Source: a virus
Taxonomy: Duplodnaviria; Caudoviricetes
IMG/VR virus record: IMGVR_UViG_3300037722_001734
Coordinates: 1-40,470 of that record
Direction: 5' to 3' (one strand)
DNA: 40,470 nt
Positions 25,075 through 33,937 of the stretch are shown piece after piece. The notes under the pieces are model-generated. The model had not been told where the DNA came from, searched no databases, and worked only from the letters and a program-made list of their open reading frames with translations. The position numbers and the translations under genes were made by a program. The number at the start of each line of letters is the position of its first letter. Position 1 is the first letter of the stretch.

Positions 25075-26403
25075 CTAACTGCCGCTGGTCAGGTCGATCT
25101 CCACGAACCCGGTCGGCCGGATTACGCCCATAGCCGCCCGCAGCTCGCACAGGATCGCCACCATATTGCGGATAAAGAAGTCGGCGTGCGAGTCGCTGAC
25201 GCTGATCATGGCCTGCATCCGGTCCCACAGCACCATCTTGCGCCAGTTGGCCAACCAGCCGGTGCCCTGGGTTTGGAAAAATGACTGAGCGACCGGTACG
25301 CCCCACAGCGTCCGCATGCCCTGGGCCATCGGTCCGCCCCAGTAGTAGCGACCCTGATCGTCCTTGATCAAATCAAAAGACTCCCAGTCCTGCGGGTTGA
25401 ACAGGTAGGCGGTCGGCACCTGCCGGCCGTTGATCAGCAGATTGGTGATCGCCTTGCGAGCCGTGGCTACGATATCCGTGACAAAGGCCTGCACCAGCAC
25501 GCCCGACGTATTGGCCAGCCCGGTGAAGCTCTCGCCCGTGCCATCGCCGTTGAGTAGTTGATCTTCCAACTCCTCGTTGGTGTCGCTGCGCAGCTCATCA
25601 TCGATCAGGCCGCGCAGTTGGCCCGCGTCGGACAGCGCCCGCTTGGTGGCCGGTATCCAGACCGCAATCGTTTTGACCACTTCCTGGACCCGCTCGAAGC
25701 GCATGGTCCCTTCCGGCTTCTGACCGCTGATCTCGCCGGTCGCCCCGCTAAAGGTCGCCACATTGGCTTCCGGCGTCGGCGCGGCCTGGGCCACCTGGGT
25801 CGTCTGTCGCACGAACTCGACCGTGTCGGACATCGTCTGCCGGATTGAAATCAGGTCCCGCAGCGTCAGCGGGTAGCGGCCAATCGACTCGTAGATACCG
25901 GTTCGCTCGCTTTCCACCAGCGCCCCGGCGCTCACATCGGCCACGCCCGTCAGCAGCTCCTTGCGAAACAGCCCCAGGTCGCCGACGTTGACCGGGGGCG
26001 AACTAAGTCCCTTGCTCGAGTCGGGGATGCGCCCGTTCGGCGCCACCTGCTTCAGCCAGCTCTTCCACCCCTCCGACTCGGCGAAACGCTGCCCGATCGA
26101 GCCGGCCGCCTGTTTCGTCTGGCCGCCTGGCCCGGGCTGTGGGTTGCCTTTCTGCCCCCGGCCACCCTCCTGGCCGCCGTCAAACAGGTGGTCGACTTCG
26201 TTGATCCGCTCGATCAACTTTTCTTCCTTCTGCTCCTTTTCGATGGCCAGCTCGATCTGGCGCACCTCGTCCAGGCTCTTTTCGATTAGATCGCGCTCCT
26301 CCTGCTTGAATTCGCGCGCCTCGGCCACGACCTGGTCTCGGATTTTCTTGATCGCAGACCATTTTTCTTCCATTTCCTTCTTTAGTTTTTGGGATTTTTT
26401 CAT
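25075..26403 (-). CDS. Major capsid protein, HK97 fold with delta domain
   Basis: N-terminal coiled coil; G.KPE..M.F, KTIAVWIP.T...L.D, EDQLLNGDG, LWGVPV, FIRNMVAILCELR. Confidence 0.95.
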   Translation of the reverse strand: MKKSQKLKKEMEEKWSAIKKIRDQVVAEAREFKQEERDLIEKSLDEVRQIELAIEKEQKEEKLIERINEVDHLFDGGQEGGRGQKGNPQPGPGGQTKQAAGSIGQRFAESEGWKSWLKQVAPNGRIPDSSKGLSSPPVNVGDLGLFRKELLTGVADVSAGALVESERTGIYESIGRYPLTLRDLISIRQTMSDTVEFVRQTTQVAQAAPTPEANVATFSGATGEISGQKPEGTMRFERVQEVVKTIAVWIPATKRALSDAGQLRGLIDDELRSDTNEELEDQLLNGDGTGESFTGLANTSGVLVQAFVTDIVATARKAITNLLINGRQVPTAYLFNPQDWESFDLIKDDQGRYYWGGPMAQGMRTLWGVPVAQSFFQTQGTGWLANWRKMVLWDRMQAMISVSDSHADFFIRNMVAILCELRAAMGVIRPTGFVEIDLTSGS

Positions 26404-26404
26404 C

Positions 26405-27016
26405 TCAAATCTCCAATCTATGTTTGATAAGGTCCAGTTCGAGTAGATATATTCGCGTCATTAACTCGTCGCTCGACTTGCCGGTGTCCTCAGACGCGGC
26501 CTCGTCTTCGTTTTTCGTCTCGTCTGTCGCCGGCCTTCCGGCGCCGGTCTCGCTCTTGATCGTCACCGTGCGGGTGTCGATCCCTGCCCCCCGCGTAACC
26601 GGCCCCACGCCCACCACGTCCATCTTGCGCAGGTAGCGCACCGGCTCACCCTCGTTGACGCCCCGGTCGGCCTCGATGATGTCAAAGGTATAGGACCACT
26701 CGGCCTGGTCGTCCAGGGCCTTGACCGTCTTGTAGTGCTCCTGCCCGGCCTCGGTGTCCATAAAAAACTCACCCTCGACCCAGGCCTCGGTGTCGTCGGA
26801 TTTGATGACGCCCTTGCCGGCGGGCAGTGTCCAGCCGTGGTTCCAGGGTTCGACCAGGACTTTTTGCTCCTCGAACGCGCCGGGCACGGTGATGTCACCG
26901 TGGTGGTCCTCGACGTTGAACGTGGCAAAAACGGCCTTGAACTCGCCCTGCTTGCCGTCAGCCTTCAACTCCAGGGGCGCGGTAAAGGTCTTTTGCTTCA
27001 GGTTTTTCTTCGTCAT
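26405..27016 (-). CDS. HK97-family prohead protease
   Basis: FKAVFATFNVED..GD...PGAF, WNH, EWSYTF, VGPVTRGA. Confidence 0.9.
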   Translation of the reverse strand: MTKKNLKQKTFTAPLELKADGKQGEFKAVFATFNVEDHHGDITVPGAFEEQKVLVEPWNHGWTLPAGKGVIKSDDTEAWVEGEFFMDTEAGQEHYKTVKALDDQAEWSYTFDIIEADRGVNEGEPVRYLRKMDVVGVGPVTRGAGIDTRTVTIKSETGAGRPATDETKNEDEAASEDTGKSSDELMTRIYLLELDLIKHRLEI

Positions 27017-28971
27017 TGTTCACTCCTTGAAAACTCCACGCTGCATTTGCAGTTGGCGTTGTTCTCCGCGCCCCCAACCGGGTCGCCCGGCCAGCGCATG
27101 CGGTTACTGAACGTCTCGGCCAGACCGACTGTCTCGCCGCTCAGCGCCTTGTGGGCGTCGCGCGGATTGGCGCTGTTGGTCCGCCACGTTTTTTGGTTCA
27201 GTCCGCCAACCCGGGCCGCCTCGTTGGACCCAAAATTGGCCGCCGCCAGCACGGCGCTGTCCGCCTGGCGGACAGCCCAGCTCGCCAGCGCCTGGCTGAA
27301 TACGCCCTTGACCGCCGCCGTGGGGTCCTCCTCGGTCAGGGCCTCACTAACCGCGTCGCGGGTACGTGCGTTGATCTGCTCGGCCTGGACGCGCGAATGT
27401 TCCCGCAAATAGGGCAGCATGGGGTCTTCAGAGACCTCGCTCTCCAGCTGCTCGGCCAGGCGCTCGGCCCAGGCCATGGCCGTTAGTTGGTTGAGGCCCA
27501 GCAGATCGGTCGCCAGCTCGCTATTCCAGCGCTCGTCGTCCCACCAGACCCCGCCGATATCCGACTTGCCCGGCGCGCTGACCCCGCTGGCCGGCACCCG
27601 GCTGACGATGGCCGCCTCCTGCCGGCGATAATGGCGCGCCAGAAACTCGACCCACTTTTGCTGGTGCCGCTCCCGCAGCGCCGGCGCGTGCGAGTCGATC
27701 CCCTTCGCGCCGTGCCCGGCAGCGACTTTCCGTTCGGGCGGCGGCTGGCCACGTTGCCCGCTGTCACGCGGCGACGCCTGGCCCCCGACGATCACATTGA
27801 GCGGCGTGACCAATTGATCCGCATCACCCCCGAGGCCGGGCCGATTCATTACGCCGCGCGCCTCATCGGCCGTCAGCCACGGCCGGCCCACGGCCGACTG
27901 CAGCGCCTTGGCCTGGTCTTCGAAATCGCCTTTTAATTTTTCGGCGATGTTGAACTCGATGTAGACACCCTCGCTGTCCTCGAACTCCTCCAGCAGCTGC
28001 AGTTCGATATCCTGCTCGATCATCGACAGCCACGGACCCAGGGTGTCCTGGTACAAATGTTTATGCTGTTCCCGGATGTTGCTAAAGGTGGCGTGATCCA
28101 AAATGCCAACCAGCGGTGGCGGAATATGATAGGCCCGGGCGCACTCCTCCCGTGTCAGCTTCCGCCCGCCCAGGTACTCGCTCTCCTGGGGGTTGAATGC
28201 GTTGGGCTTCCATTTCATGCCCTCCTCGAGCACGGCCGTTTTACCGCTATTGTCGCCGCCTGAATAGAGCTCCTCGAACTCGGCCACAAACCGCTCGCGG
28301 GCCGTCTCGTGCCACTCCGGCGCCTCGGCCGGCCGCTCGATGATACCGGTAATTCGGGCTGAATTCTGCCAGAAGCCCTCCCGATAATCGCCGGCGGCGT
28401 GCTCCTCGGCCAGGATACGCCGCAGCGTCTCGGCCGGGGCCAGGCCGCTGACCGGGTTCTCCGGGTTGTACCCCCAAAAATGGATGAGGTCGTCGGGCCC
28501 AAACCGCCGCATCCGGGCCCCGATCGTCACCTCGTACTCGCTCGGCACCAGGTTGCCCAGGGGCAAAACATACTCCGGTGGGATGCGCAATAATCCCAAC
28601 TGCCCCTCGCGCTTGATTTTGAGCCAGTAGGCGTTGAAATAAATACCCAGGTCACTGACCAGGGCATTGATCAGCCGGTAGCGCGTCGTTTTGTACCGGG
28701 CCGGCAGGGGCCGCTTGATCAGTTGGGCCAGGGAGTGGTCCGTCAGCCGCTCCCGGTCCGTGCCCGACAGCCGCCGGAACACGTGCAGTCCCAGGTGGGC
28801 AATGTTGCGCGCCAGAAACTCGACACAGGTCCGCATGTTGGGCTGTAGCCGGTACAGCGTGGCGTAATCATAGTGGAACCGGTCATACAACCGGATGCTG
28901 GTCCGGATCGGTCCCGGCGACCACCAGGGCTGCACCATCTCCAGGCCATCGAGCGTTTGCACAAAAGCCAT
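27013..28971 (-). CDS. Portal protein (HK97 family) fused to a C-terminal MuF/head-morphogenesis domain
   Basis: Portal motifs N.YW, IHF..GL.P, NSGKTAVLEEGM, YHIPP.LVG..ATFSN. C-terminal KTW....PRDAH...GE...WPGDP..ENNANCKCS. Confidence 0.9.
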   Translation of the reverse strand: MAFVQTLDGLEMVQPWWSPGPIRTSIRLYDRFHYDYATLYRLQPNMRTCVEFLARNIAHLGLHVFRRLSGTDRERLTDHSLAQLIKRPLPARYKTTRYRLINALVSDLGIYFNAYWLKIKREGQLGLLRIPPEYVLPLGNLVPSEYEVTIGARMRRFGPDDLIHFWGYNPENPVSGLAPAETLRRILAEEHAAGDYREGFWQNSARITGIIERPAEAPEWHETARERFVAEFEELYSGGDNSGKTAVLEEGMKWKPNAFNPQESEYLGGRKLTREECARAYHIPPPLVGILDHATFSNIREQHKHLYQDTLGPWLSMIEQDIELQLLEEFEDSEGVYIEFNIAEKLKGDFEDQAKALQSAVGRPWLTADEARGVMNRPGLGGDADQLVTPLNVIVGGQASPRDSGQRGQPPPERKVAAGHGAKGIDSHAPALRERHQQKWVEFLARHYRRQEAAIVSRVPASGVSAPGKSDIGGVWWDDERWNSELATDLLGLNQLTAMAWAERLAEQLESEVSEDPMLPYLREHSRVQAEQINARTRDAVSEALTEEDPTAAVKGVFSQALASWAVRQADSAVLAAANFGSNEAARVGGLNQKTWRTNSANPRDAHKALSGETVGLAETFSNRMRWPGDPVGGAENNANCKCSVEFSRSEQ

Positions 28972-28974
28972 ATA

Positions 28975-29196
28975 TCACGTCACCTGGATGAAATCCACGT
29001 GCTCCAGCAGCACCACTACCTCGCCGCGCAGCACCGCCGTCTTTTTGTCGGCCTGGCTCAACATTTCCACATTCCGCACAACCATAAAGGGCCGCTTGAC
29101 CCGCCAGACCACGCCCCGAAACGACGTACCGCTCTTTAAATTCACGATCACCGCTTTCAGCTCAGGGTACGGCCGAAACCGATCCAGAAATGTCAT
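28975..29196 (-). CDS. Small Sm/LSm-like fold protein
   Basis: VIVNLKSGTSFRGVV..MVVRNV (Sm1) and GEVVV..HVDFIQ (Sm2). Confidence 0.65.
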   Translation of the reverse strand: MTFLDRFRPYPELKAVIVNLKSGTSFRGVVWRVKRPFMVVRNVEMLSQADKKTAVLRGEVVVLLEHVDFIQVT

Positions 29197-30833
29197 ACCG
29201 TCACCAGCCCTCGCTCCTCATAAACGCTGCGTTTGACCAATCCCACTCCGGCCGCAATCGCGTCGCAGCGGGCCTCCCAGGACAGGATCGAAGCCATCGC
29301 CGCGTCGATCTTGTGCGGCGAGTCGGGCCGCTCCTTATAAATAGTCCACAAGGGCTGTCCCTCCTCGTCCCGGATGTTTAAATATTTTCGCACCGCGTTG
29401 CCCACGTGCCGGCGGTGGTCGGCGCTCCCGTCATGCAGCAGGTCACCGGCCGCAATGGCCGTGTCAAACTGCTTGATGGCGTAGGCCGTCGGTTTGGGGC
29501 GGTTGGTCCACCACTCGACCACCCGCTGGTCGCCGTACTGCCCGGCCCAGGCCGCGACCGTCGTCTCCCAATACGGCGGATCACAGTAAGCCCGCCAGAC
29601 CTGGTAGGTCTCGACCGCAGCGGCCATAGCCGCGTTGACCTCATCGACCGGCGCCTCCCAAAACTCCAGGCTCAGGTGCTCCGGCTTCTCCCATAGACCC
29701 AGCAGCCATTGAAAACCGGTGATAATCTCGGTGCCGACCAGGGCCGTCGCATCGTGCCACCGCGCTCCATCAAAGCCAACGGTGATCAGCGCGCCGCGCA
29801 TAACCTGGTAATCCGGGTCGGCCAGTTCCCGCCAGCGCTCCACCTCAAAGGCCCGCTCGCTGCCGCGCACCAGCCGGTTGAGCCAGACCCGCTGCAGGTA
29901 CGATTTATCGCTGCTGGGGTCGGCCCACTGGTCGCAGATCCCGTCGATATCGGACCAGGCCCGGGCCGGCCCGCTGGCCTCGACCACCGCCGCCCGGATA
30001 CCCTCGACCGTCTCCAGGTCGTGCTCATCACCGGCCTGGCGGTGGAAGAAAAACAAGCGGCTGTCCTGGATGGCGCCGCCGGCCACCTGCCGGGCGTAAT
30101 CCATCGTGTCCTCGGCCACCGAGTTCTCACCCGGCGCCGGCGCGGTCGTAATCTCCAAACTCCAGGCGTCGGCTAGCCTCCGCTTGGGGACGTTGGCCAA
30201 CATCGTCTTGTGCGCCGCTTTGAGACGCGGCAGCGTAAACCGGTGCGTCTCATCGAATACCTGAAACGTCGTTCTGGCTCCGTCCCTCGCGTCCGGTGAG
30301 GTGGCCAGACTGGCCGCCTTACCGTCGCCCCCGATCCGCATGACCCGCTCCAGGCCGATATCGAAATCGGCGGCTAGCGGGCTGTGCTCCAGGATCATCT
30401 TGAGCGCGCTGTAGGCCAGCTCGTCAGACTGCTCCTCGGTGTAGGCGACCATCGGTATATACGGGTCGGTCACCCCGCCACCGATAGGCTGCCCGTCATC
30501 GTTCCAGCCGGTGCACCGTACCGGTCCGTTCGGATGCAGTTCCGCTGCCGCGATCCAGGCGGCTAGCTCGGTTTTAGCCACCCCCTTTCGGAGAGAAATC
30601 CCGACTCGCTTGAACCGCCGCCGGCCGGCGCGCGGGTGTGACTGCGGATACACCTCATACATTCTGTAGATGAGACCCCTCTTTTCATCGTCGAGCCGGG
30701 CCGGCTGCCCACGCAGATCGCCCGGTCCGAAGACCAGGTTGTCCTCGATGAAGTCACACACCTGCGGGCCCAGCGTCGGCCAGGGTTTTTTCTCCAGGGC
30801 CGGAACGGTCAAGATCACAAAGCCACCCCTCAC
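29193..30833 (-). CDS. terL: Terminase large subunit
   Basis: Walker A RKGVAKTE, Walker B FQVFDETH, nuclease VGFDG..D and KIDAAMA. Confidence 0.95.
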   Translation of the reverse strand: MRGGFVILTVPALEKKPWPTLGPQVCDFIEDNLVFGPGDLRGQPARLDDEKRGLIYRMYEVYPQSHPRAGRRRFKRVGISLRKGVAKTELAAWIAAAELHPNGPVRCTGWNDDGQPIGGGVTDPYIPMVAYTEEQSDELAYSALKMILEHSPLAADFDIGLERVMRIGGDGKAASLATSPDARDGARTTFQVFDETHRFTLPRLKAAHKTMLANVPKRRLADAWSLEITTAPAPGENSVAEDTMDYARQVAGGAIQDSRLFFFHRQAGDEHDLETVEGIRAAVVEASGPARAWSDIDGICDQWADPSSDKSYLQRVWLNRLVRGSERAFEVERWRELADPDYQVMRGALITVGFDGARWHDATALVGTEIITGFQWLLGLWEKPEHLSLEFWEAPVDEVNAAMAAAVETYQVWRAYCDPPYWETTVAAWAGQYGDQRVVEWWTNRPKPTAYAIKQFDTAIAAGDLLHDGSADHRRHVGNAVRKYLNIRDEEGQPLWTIYKERPDSPHKIDAAMASILSWEARCDAIAAGVGLVKRSVYEERGLVTV

Positions 30834-31294
30834 GAGTCCAGCATTGTGCGCGGGTCGGCGATCACCCGGGCCCGCTTGCTCCGTTTTCGGTCGCGCTGCC
30901 CCCGGTCATCCTCCAGGCGCTCGATGGCGTCTTCAACCCGGACCACACTCCACTCTAGCCGGCGCCGGCTCAGCGGCGTCAAGCCAAATTCGCGCTCCAG
31001 CAGCCGGATCTCCCTGGCGGTAGCCAGATCCCCGTCCTTCCAGAACTGATCGACCAGGGCCACGAGCCGGCACAGGGCCGGCTCATCACCCCGCAGGAAC
31101 TCGACCTGCATCGGCGACGACCAGACGTCGCGCCACCACTGCACCGCCATGGCACTCCAGCCACCATCGCCCAGGTGGGGTGGCAGCTCGGGCGGCTCGG
31201 TTCGCGGCTGCTCCTCGGCCGGCAGCACCGCCCGCGTCGTCGAAATGTTGCGCCGCTGGCGCAGCTGCGGGTGTTTTGGCGCCGGTCCTGGCAT
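30830..31294 (-). CDS. terS: Terminase small subunit
   Basis: MPGPAPK..RQRRN, WWRDVWSSP, EIRL.EREFGLTPLSRRRL.W. Confidence 0.88.
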   Translation of the reverse strand: MPGPAPKHPQLRQRRNISTTRAVLPAEEQPRTEPPELPPHLGDGGWSAMAVQWWRDVWSSPMQVEFLRGDEPALCRLVALVDQFWKDGDLATAREIRLLEREFGLTPLSRRRLEWSVVRVEDAIERLEDDRGQRDRKRSKRARVIADPRTMLDS

Positions 31295-31385
31295 CCCCCC
31301 CCAGTACCCCCTATCTCGTACAGAAAAAAAGCTTATTGCCGCACACGGTCTGGCGCGCCACCCCTCTAGCGATTGTGACGCCCCT
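31295..31385. other. Putative cos/packaging region
   Basis: Gap between HNH and terS with G tracts and an A tract; the usual cos position in HNH-terS-terL phages. Confidence 0.45.
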
Positions 31386-31743
31386 TCCCGTTGCGTTGAT
31401 TTCCAAATCCACCGCCATGCGTTGCTGTGTGTCGAGAGTGACAGCGTTTGCATAGACTGCGCAGGTTGCTCGCCTCGTTCGTCCCACCGTCCCGCAGCGG
31501 TGTGACGTGGTCGACCTCGCTGGCCTCCTGGCCACACAGGGCACATAGCGGGTACGCTTTAAGGCGCCTCGCCCGAATCCTGCGCCAGGCTGCGCCGTAA
31601 CCACGTCGGGCCGCCGAGGGCCGGCTGTCCGCGCGGCGGACAGGTCGGTGTACCTGGCAACCCAGGTTCGGGCAGCCTGGCTCCGGGCAGATCTTAGACC
31701 GGGTGGGGCGTCTCACCGCCTCACCTCCTGGGGCTATAGACAA
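31366..31743 (-). CDS. HNH endonuclease (terminase-associated, HK97 gp74-like)
   Basis: RRGYGAAWRRIR, CALC, VDHV.P..GG.N..SNLRSLCKRCH. Confidence 0.92.
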   Translation of the reverse strand: MSIAPGGEAVRRPTRSKICPEPGCPNLGCQVHRPVRRADSRPSAARRGYGAAWRRIRARRLKAYPLCALCGQEASEVDHVTPLRDGGTNEASNLRSLCKRCHSRHTATHGGGFGNQRNGKGRHNR

Positions 31744-31785
31744 TGGAGGCCAACTCCCTTCGCTCCCCAGGGGGGCCTTCCGGCA

Positions 31786-31986
31786 TCAGTGGCCGTTCCC
31801 CTTCTGCCACAGATCCTCATGGATCATGGTCCACAGCCGGCTGCTCGCGATCCACCCGCCCTGGACGACCCGCGCCAACGCATGCCTGATCCGTCGTGTC
31901 CGCTCACGCGGCAGGATAATCAAAACGAACATAATCACGTTGAGCAGCGTGTTGGCTATGGCAAATGAGATCAACAAGCGCTTCAT
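31786..31986 (-). CDS. Small membrane protein
   Basis: One N-terminal hydrophobic helix; ATGA coupling. Confidence 0.55.
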   Translation of the reverse strand: MKRLLISFAIANTLLNVIMFVLIILPRERTRRIRHALARVVQGGWIASSRLWTMIHEDLWQKGNGH

Positions 31987-32384
31987 CTGTTGCCTTTCGT
32001 TTGTTGCTCGCGGACCAGGCCGTAGTAGTTCGCGGCGATTTTCTCCAGGGCCTCTTCAAACGCCTCGACCTGGGCCTTGCTGTACGCCTGGAACATCTCC
32101 TGGCTCGATGCCTGCATGAGTTTGAGCAGCTCGACCTGAGACAGACGCTGTTCCTGGAGCATGCCCTCCAACGCCCTCTGCCCATCCGCTCGCTCTCGCT
32201 GTAGTATGTCTCGCCATTTGTCCTGCTCTGCCAGATGGTACCTGGCCAGGACGACGAACGTGCCGATGAACAGGATGACGACGGGGTACTGCGCCCACGC
32301 CGCATCCGGGATAATATCCAGTTGGATCAGGCCCAGCCAGAGCATAGGCAGGGCGGCTGCCAGGCGGACGGGCCAACCTAGCAC
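31983..32384 (-). CDS. Membrane protein, holin/antiholin-like
   Basis: Two hydrophobic segments followed by a coiled coil. Confidence 0.55.
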   Translation of the reverse strand: MLGWPVRLAAALPMLWLGLIQLDIIPDAAWAQYPVVILFIGTFVVLARYHLAEQDKWRDILQRERADGQRALEGMLQEQRLSQVELLKLMQASSQEMFQAYSKAQVEAFEEALEKIAANYYGLVREQQTKGNR

Positions 32385-32597
32385 TTACTTAGGCTCGTCG
32401 GGCGCCGGCTCAGGCGCCGGGGGCTCCGGCAACGGCTCCGAGGTCAGATACGCAACAATCGCCACAATAATCGTGGTCACGGCCGCGGCCACCTCGGCCG
32501 GCAGATCGACGCCGCCATAAAATGAGACCAACCACAGAACGATGGTGGCCACCGCGCCGCCCAGGGCGCCGGCAATCACTTTGGCATTAGGGAACAT
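32385..32597 (-). CDS. Putative holin
   Basis: AAGGAG RBS; two TM helices (KVIAGALGGAVATIVLWL and PAEVAAAVTTIIVAIVAYL). Confidence 0.65.
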   Translation of the reverse strand: MFPNAKVIAGALGGAVATIVLWLVSFYGGVDLPAEVAAAVTTIIVAIVAYLTSEPLPEPPAPEPAPDEPK

Positions 32598-32713
32598 GGA
32601 ACTCTCCTTCACTTTAACGGCCTAACATACAACGACACGGCCGGCGTCCGCTCGGCCTGCGCTAAAATCCGATCTCGTTGGGCCTGGCTAATTTCACCGG
32701 CCTCGACAAACGC

Positions 32714-32773
32714 CTCAAACAGTTTGTTTGAGACTGACTTTGTCATGGCCGCAAATGCGGATTTGCGGCCATG
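32714..32773. promoter_or_regulatory. Two palindromes upstream of the late operon
   Basis: CTCAAACA-gtt-TGTTTGAG (32714-32732) and CATGGCCGCAAAT-gcgg-ATTTGCGGCCATG (32744-32773). Confidence 0.55.
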
Positions 32774-32828
32774 TTGATCTAAAGGTACCCACCATCCACC
32801 CCCGGCCTTTTTGTGCGACGTCAGTCCG

Positions 32829-33152
32829 TCAAGCCCGCCGGGCTACCTTGTTTTTCCACGCGCTCCGCAGAGAAGGCCTGGGCCGCAAAACAGCATCGAT
32901 TTTGATGAGACCCCACATAAGGGCCAATACCACCGCATGAGTCGTGTCTTTGGCCTCGAGCTTGCAGCGGATGTTGGCCAGATGCGCCTTGACCGTGCTC
33001 GCGCTGATGGCCAGCCGCAGTCCGATAGCGCCGATCGTCTCGCCGGTCGCCTTCAGCTCCAAAACCTGGATCTCCCGGGGCGTTAAATAAAAACCGGGGC
33101 GCTCCGAATGTTCGGAGCGCCCCGGACCGTTTACTGCGTCTCTTAAGGGCAT
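32829..33152 (-). CDS. LuxR/GerE-family HTH regulator (probable late activator)
   Basis: LTPREIQVLEL.ATG.T..AIG.RLAISASTVKAHLANIRCKL....THAV..A..GLI. Confidence 0.85.
   Translation of the reverse strand: MPLRDAVNGPGRSEHSERPGFYLTPREIQVLELKATGETIGAIGLRLAISASTVKAHLANIRCKLEAKDTTHAVVLALMWGLIKIDAVLRPRPSLRSAWKNKVARRA
33085..33125 (-). terminator. Intrinsic terminator inside the 5' end of the LuxR ORF
   Basis: 15-bp inverted repeat CCGGGGCGCTCCGAA/TTCGGAGCGCCCCGG followed by UUUUUAUUU on the minus strand. Confidence 0.7.
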
Positions 33153-33174
33153 TATTCGTATGTCGCTTACCTGG

Positions 33175-33555
33175 TCAGACCGGCTTCAGCTCCCGGCCCA
33201 ACCCCATCTCGTAGTCAGCGATCCGCCCACCCTCGATCAGGACAAACAGCTGGACCTGGTGGGGGGCGGTGAATTGGCACAAGAGGTTTAGTCTGGCGTC
33301 GATATCCTCGACGGCAGGCCGGAACGCCTGCGTCCGGCCCACTATGGGCATCTCACCCCAGGGCAGCCGCAGCCCGATGAATACCCGGCCCCCGCGGGCC
33401 AGAATCTCCAGCCGGGCCTGGCCCGGGTTGGACGAGGTGAAATGTGTGGCCAGGGCCAGGTAGGTAGAGAGCGCCGCTTCCTGCTTGGGGGTGAGCCGCA
33501 GCAGGCCCTGGGCCGGCCGGTACTGCTGGGAAAGTGCCATAAGCCAGCTTACCAT
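33175..33555 (-). CDS. Hypothetical protein
   Basis: ORF downstream of a strong promoter; two similar halves. Confidence 0.6.
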   Translation of the reverse strand: MVSWLMALSQQYRPAQGLLRLTPKQEAALSTYLALATHFTSSNPGQARLEILARGGRVFIGLRLPWGEMPIVGRTQAFRPAVEDIDARLNLLCQFTAPHQVQLFVLIEGGRIADYEMGLGRELKPV

Positions 33556-33571
33556 AAAACCGCAAGGGTCT

Positions 33572-33613
33572 CAATCGTCCGTTTGGACAATTAATGGACA
33601 ATCAATTATACCA
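33572..33613 (-). promoter_or_regulatory. Extended -10 promoter TGgTATAAT with operator-like repeats
   Basis: TATAAT at 33605-33610. TGGACAAT direct repeats at 33584 and 33595, with an inverted copy to their left. Confidence 0.65.
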
Positions 33614-33729
33614 GCAAAAGGTTTGAATATGGTTTGAGAGGAGGAGCCTGCCGGCGAGGGGGCCGCCGGCAGGCCGAGAAGGGAAAATAGAAACCATGGG
33701 CTCCGGGCTACCATAGAAGAGGCCGAAGT

Positions 33730-33921
33730 TCAACCCTCGGCCTCTTTAATCTCGGGTTCTTCGTTAAAACACTGCCTGACCCTGCCGTCGACGTACTGCT
33801 CTACTCGCCGCCAGTAGGGTTTCATGAACTCGTTGGCCGCCTGCTCCTCCTGGCGAATGAGCTCCAGGATCATCGATGAATCGTATGCGCTCAGATCGAG
33901 CCGGACCATGCGTGCTCCCAT
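33730..33921 (-). CDS. Hypothetical protein
   Basis: GGAGGT RBS. Confidence 0.65.
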   Translation of the reverse strand: MGARMVRLDLSAYDSSMILELIRQEEQAANEFMKPYWRRVEQYVDGRVRQCFNEEPEIKEAEG

Positions 33922-33937
33922 GGTGACACCTCCCGTT

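Noticed and set aside
33646-33674. GC-rich hairpin GCCTGCCGGCG/CGCCGGCAGGC as an intrinsic terminator
   Set aside because: The stem is real, but neither strand has a convincing U tract, so it was not called.
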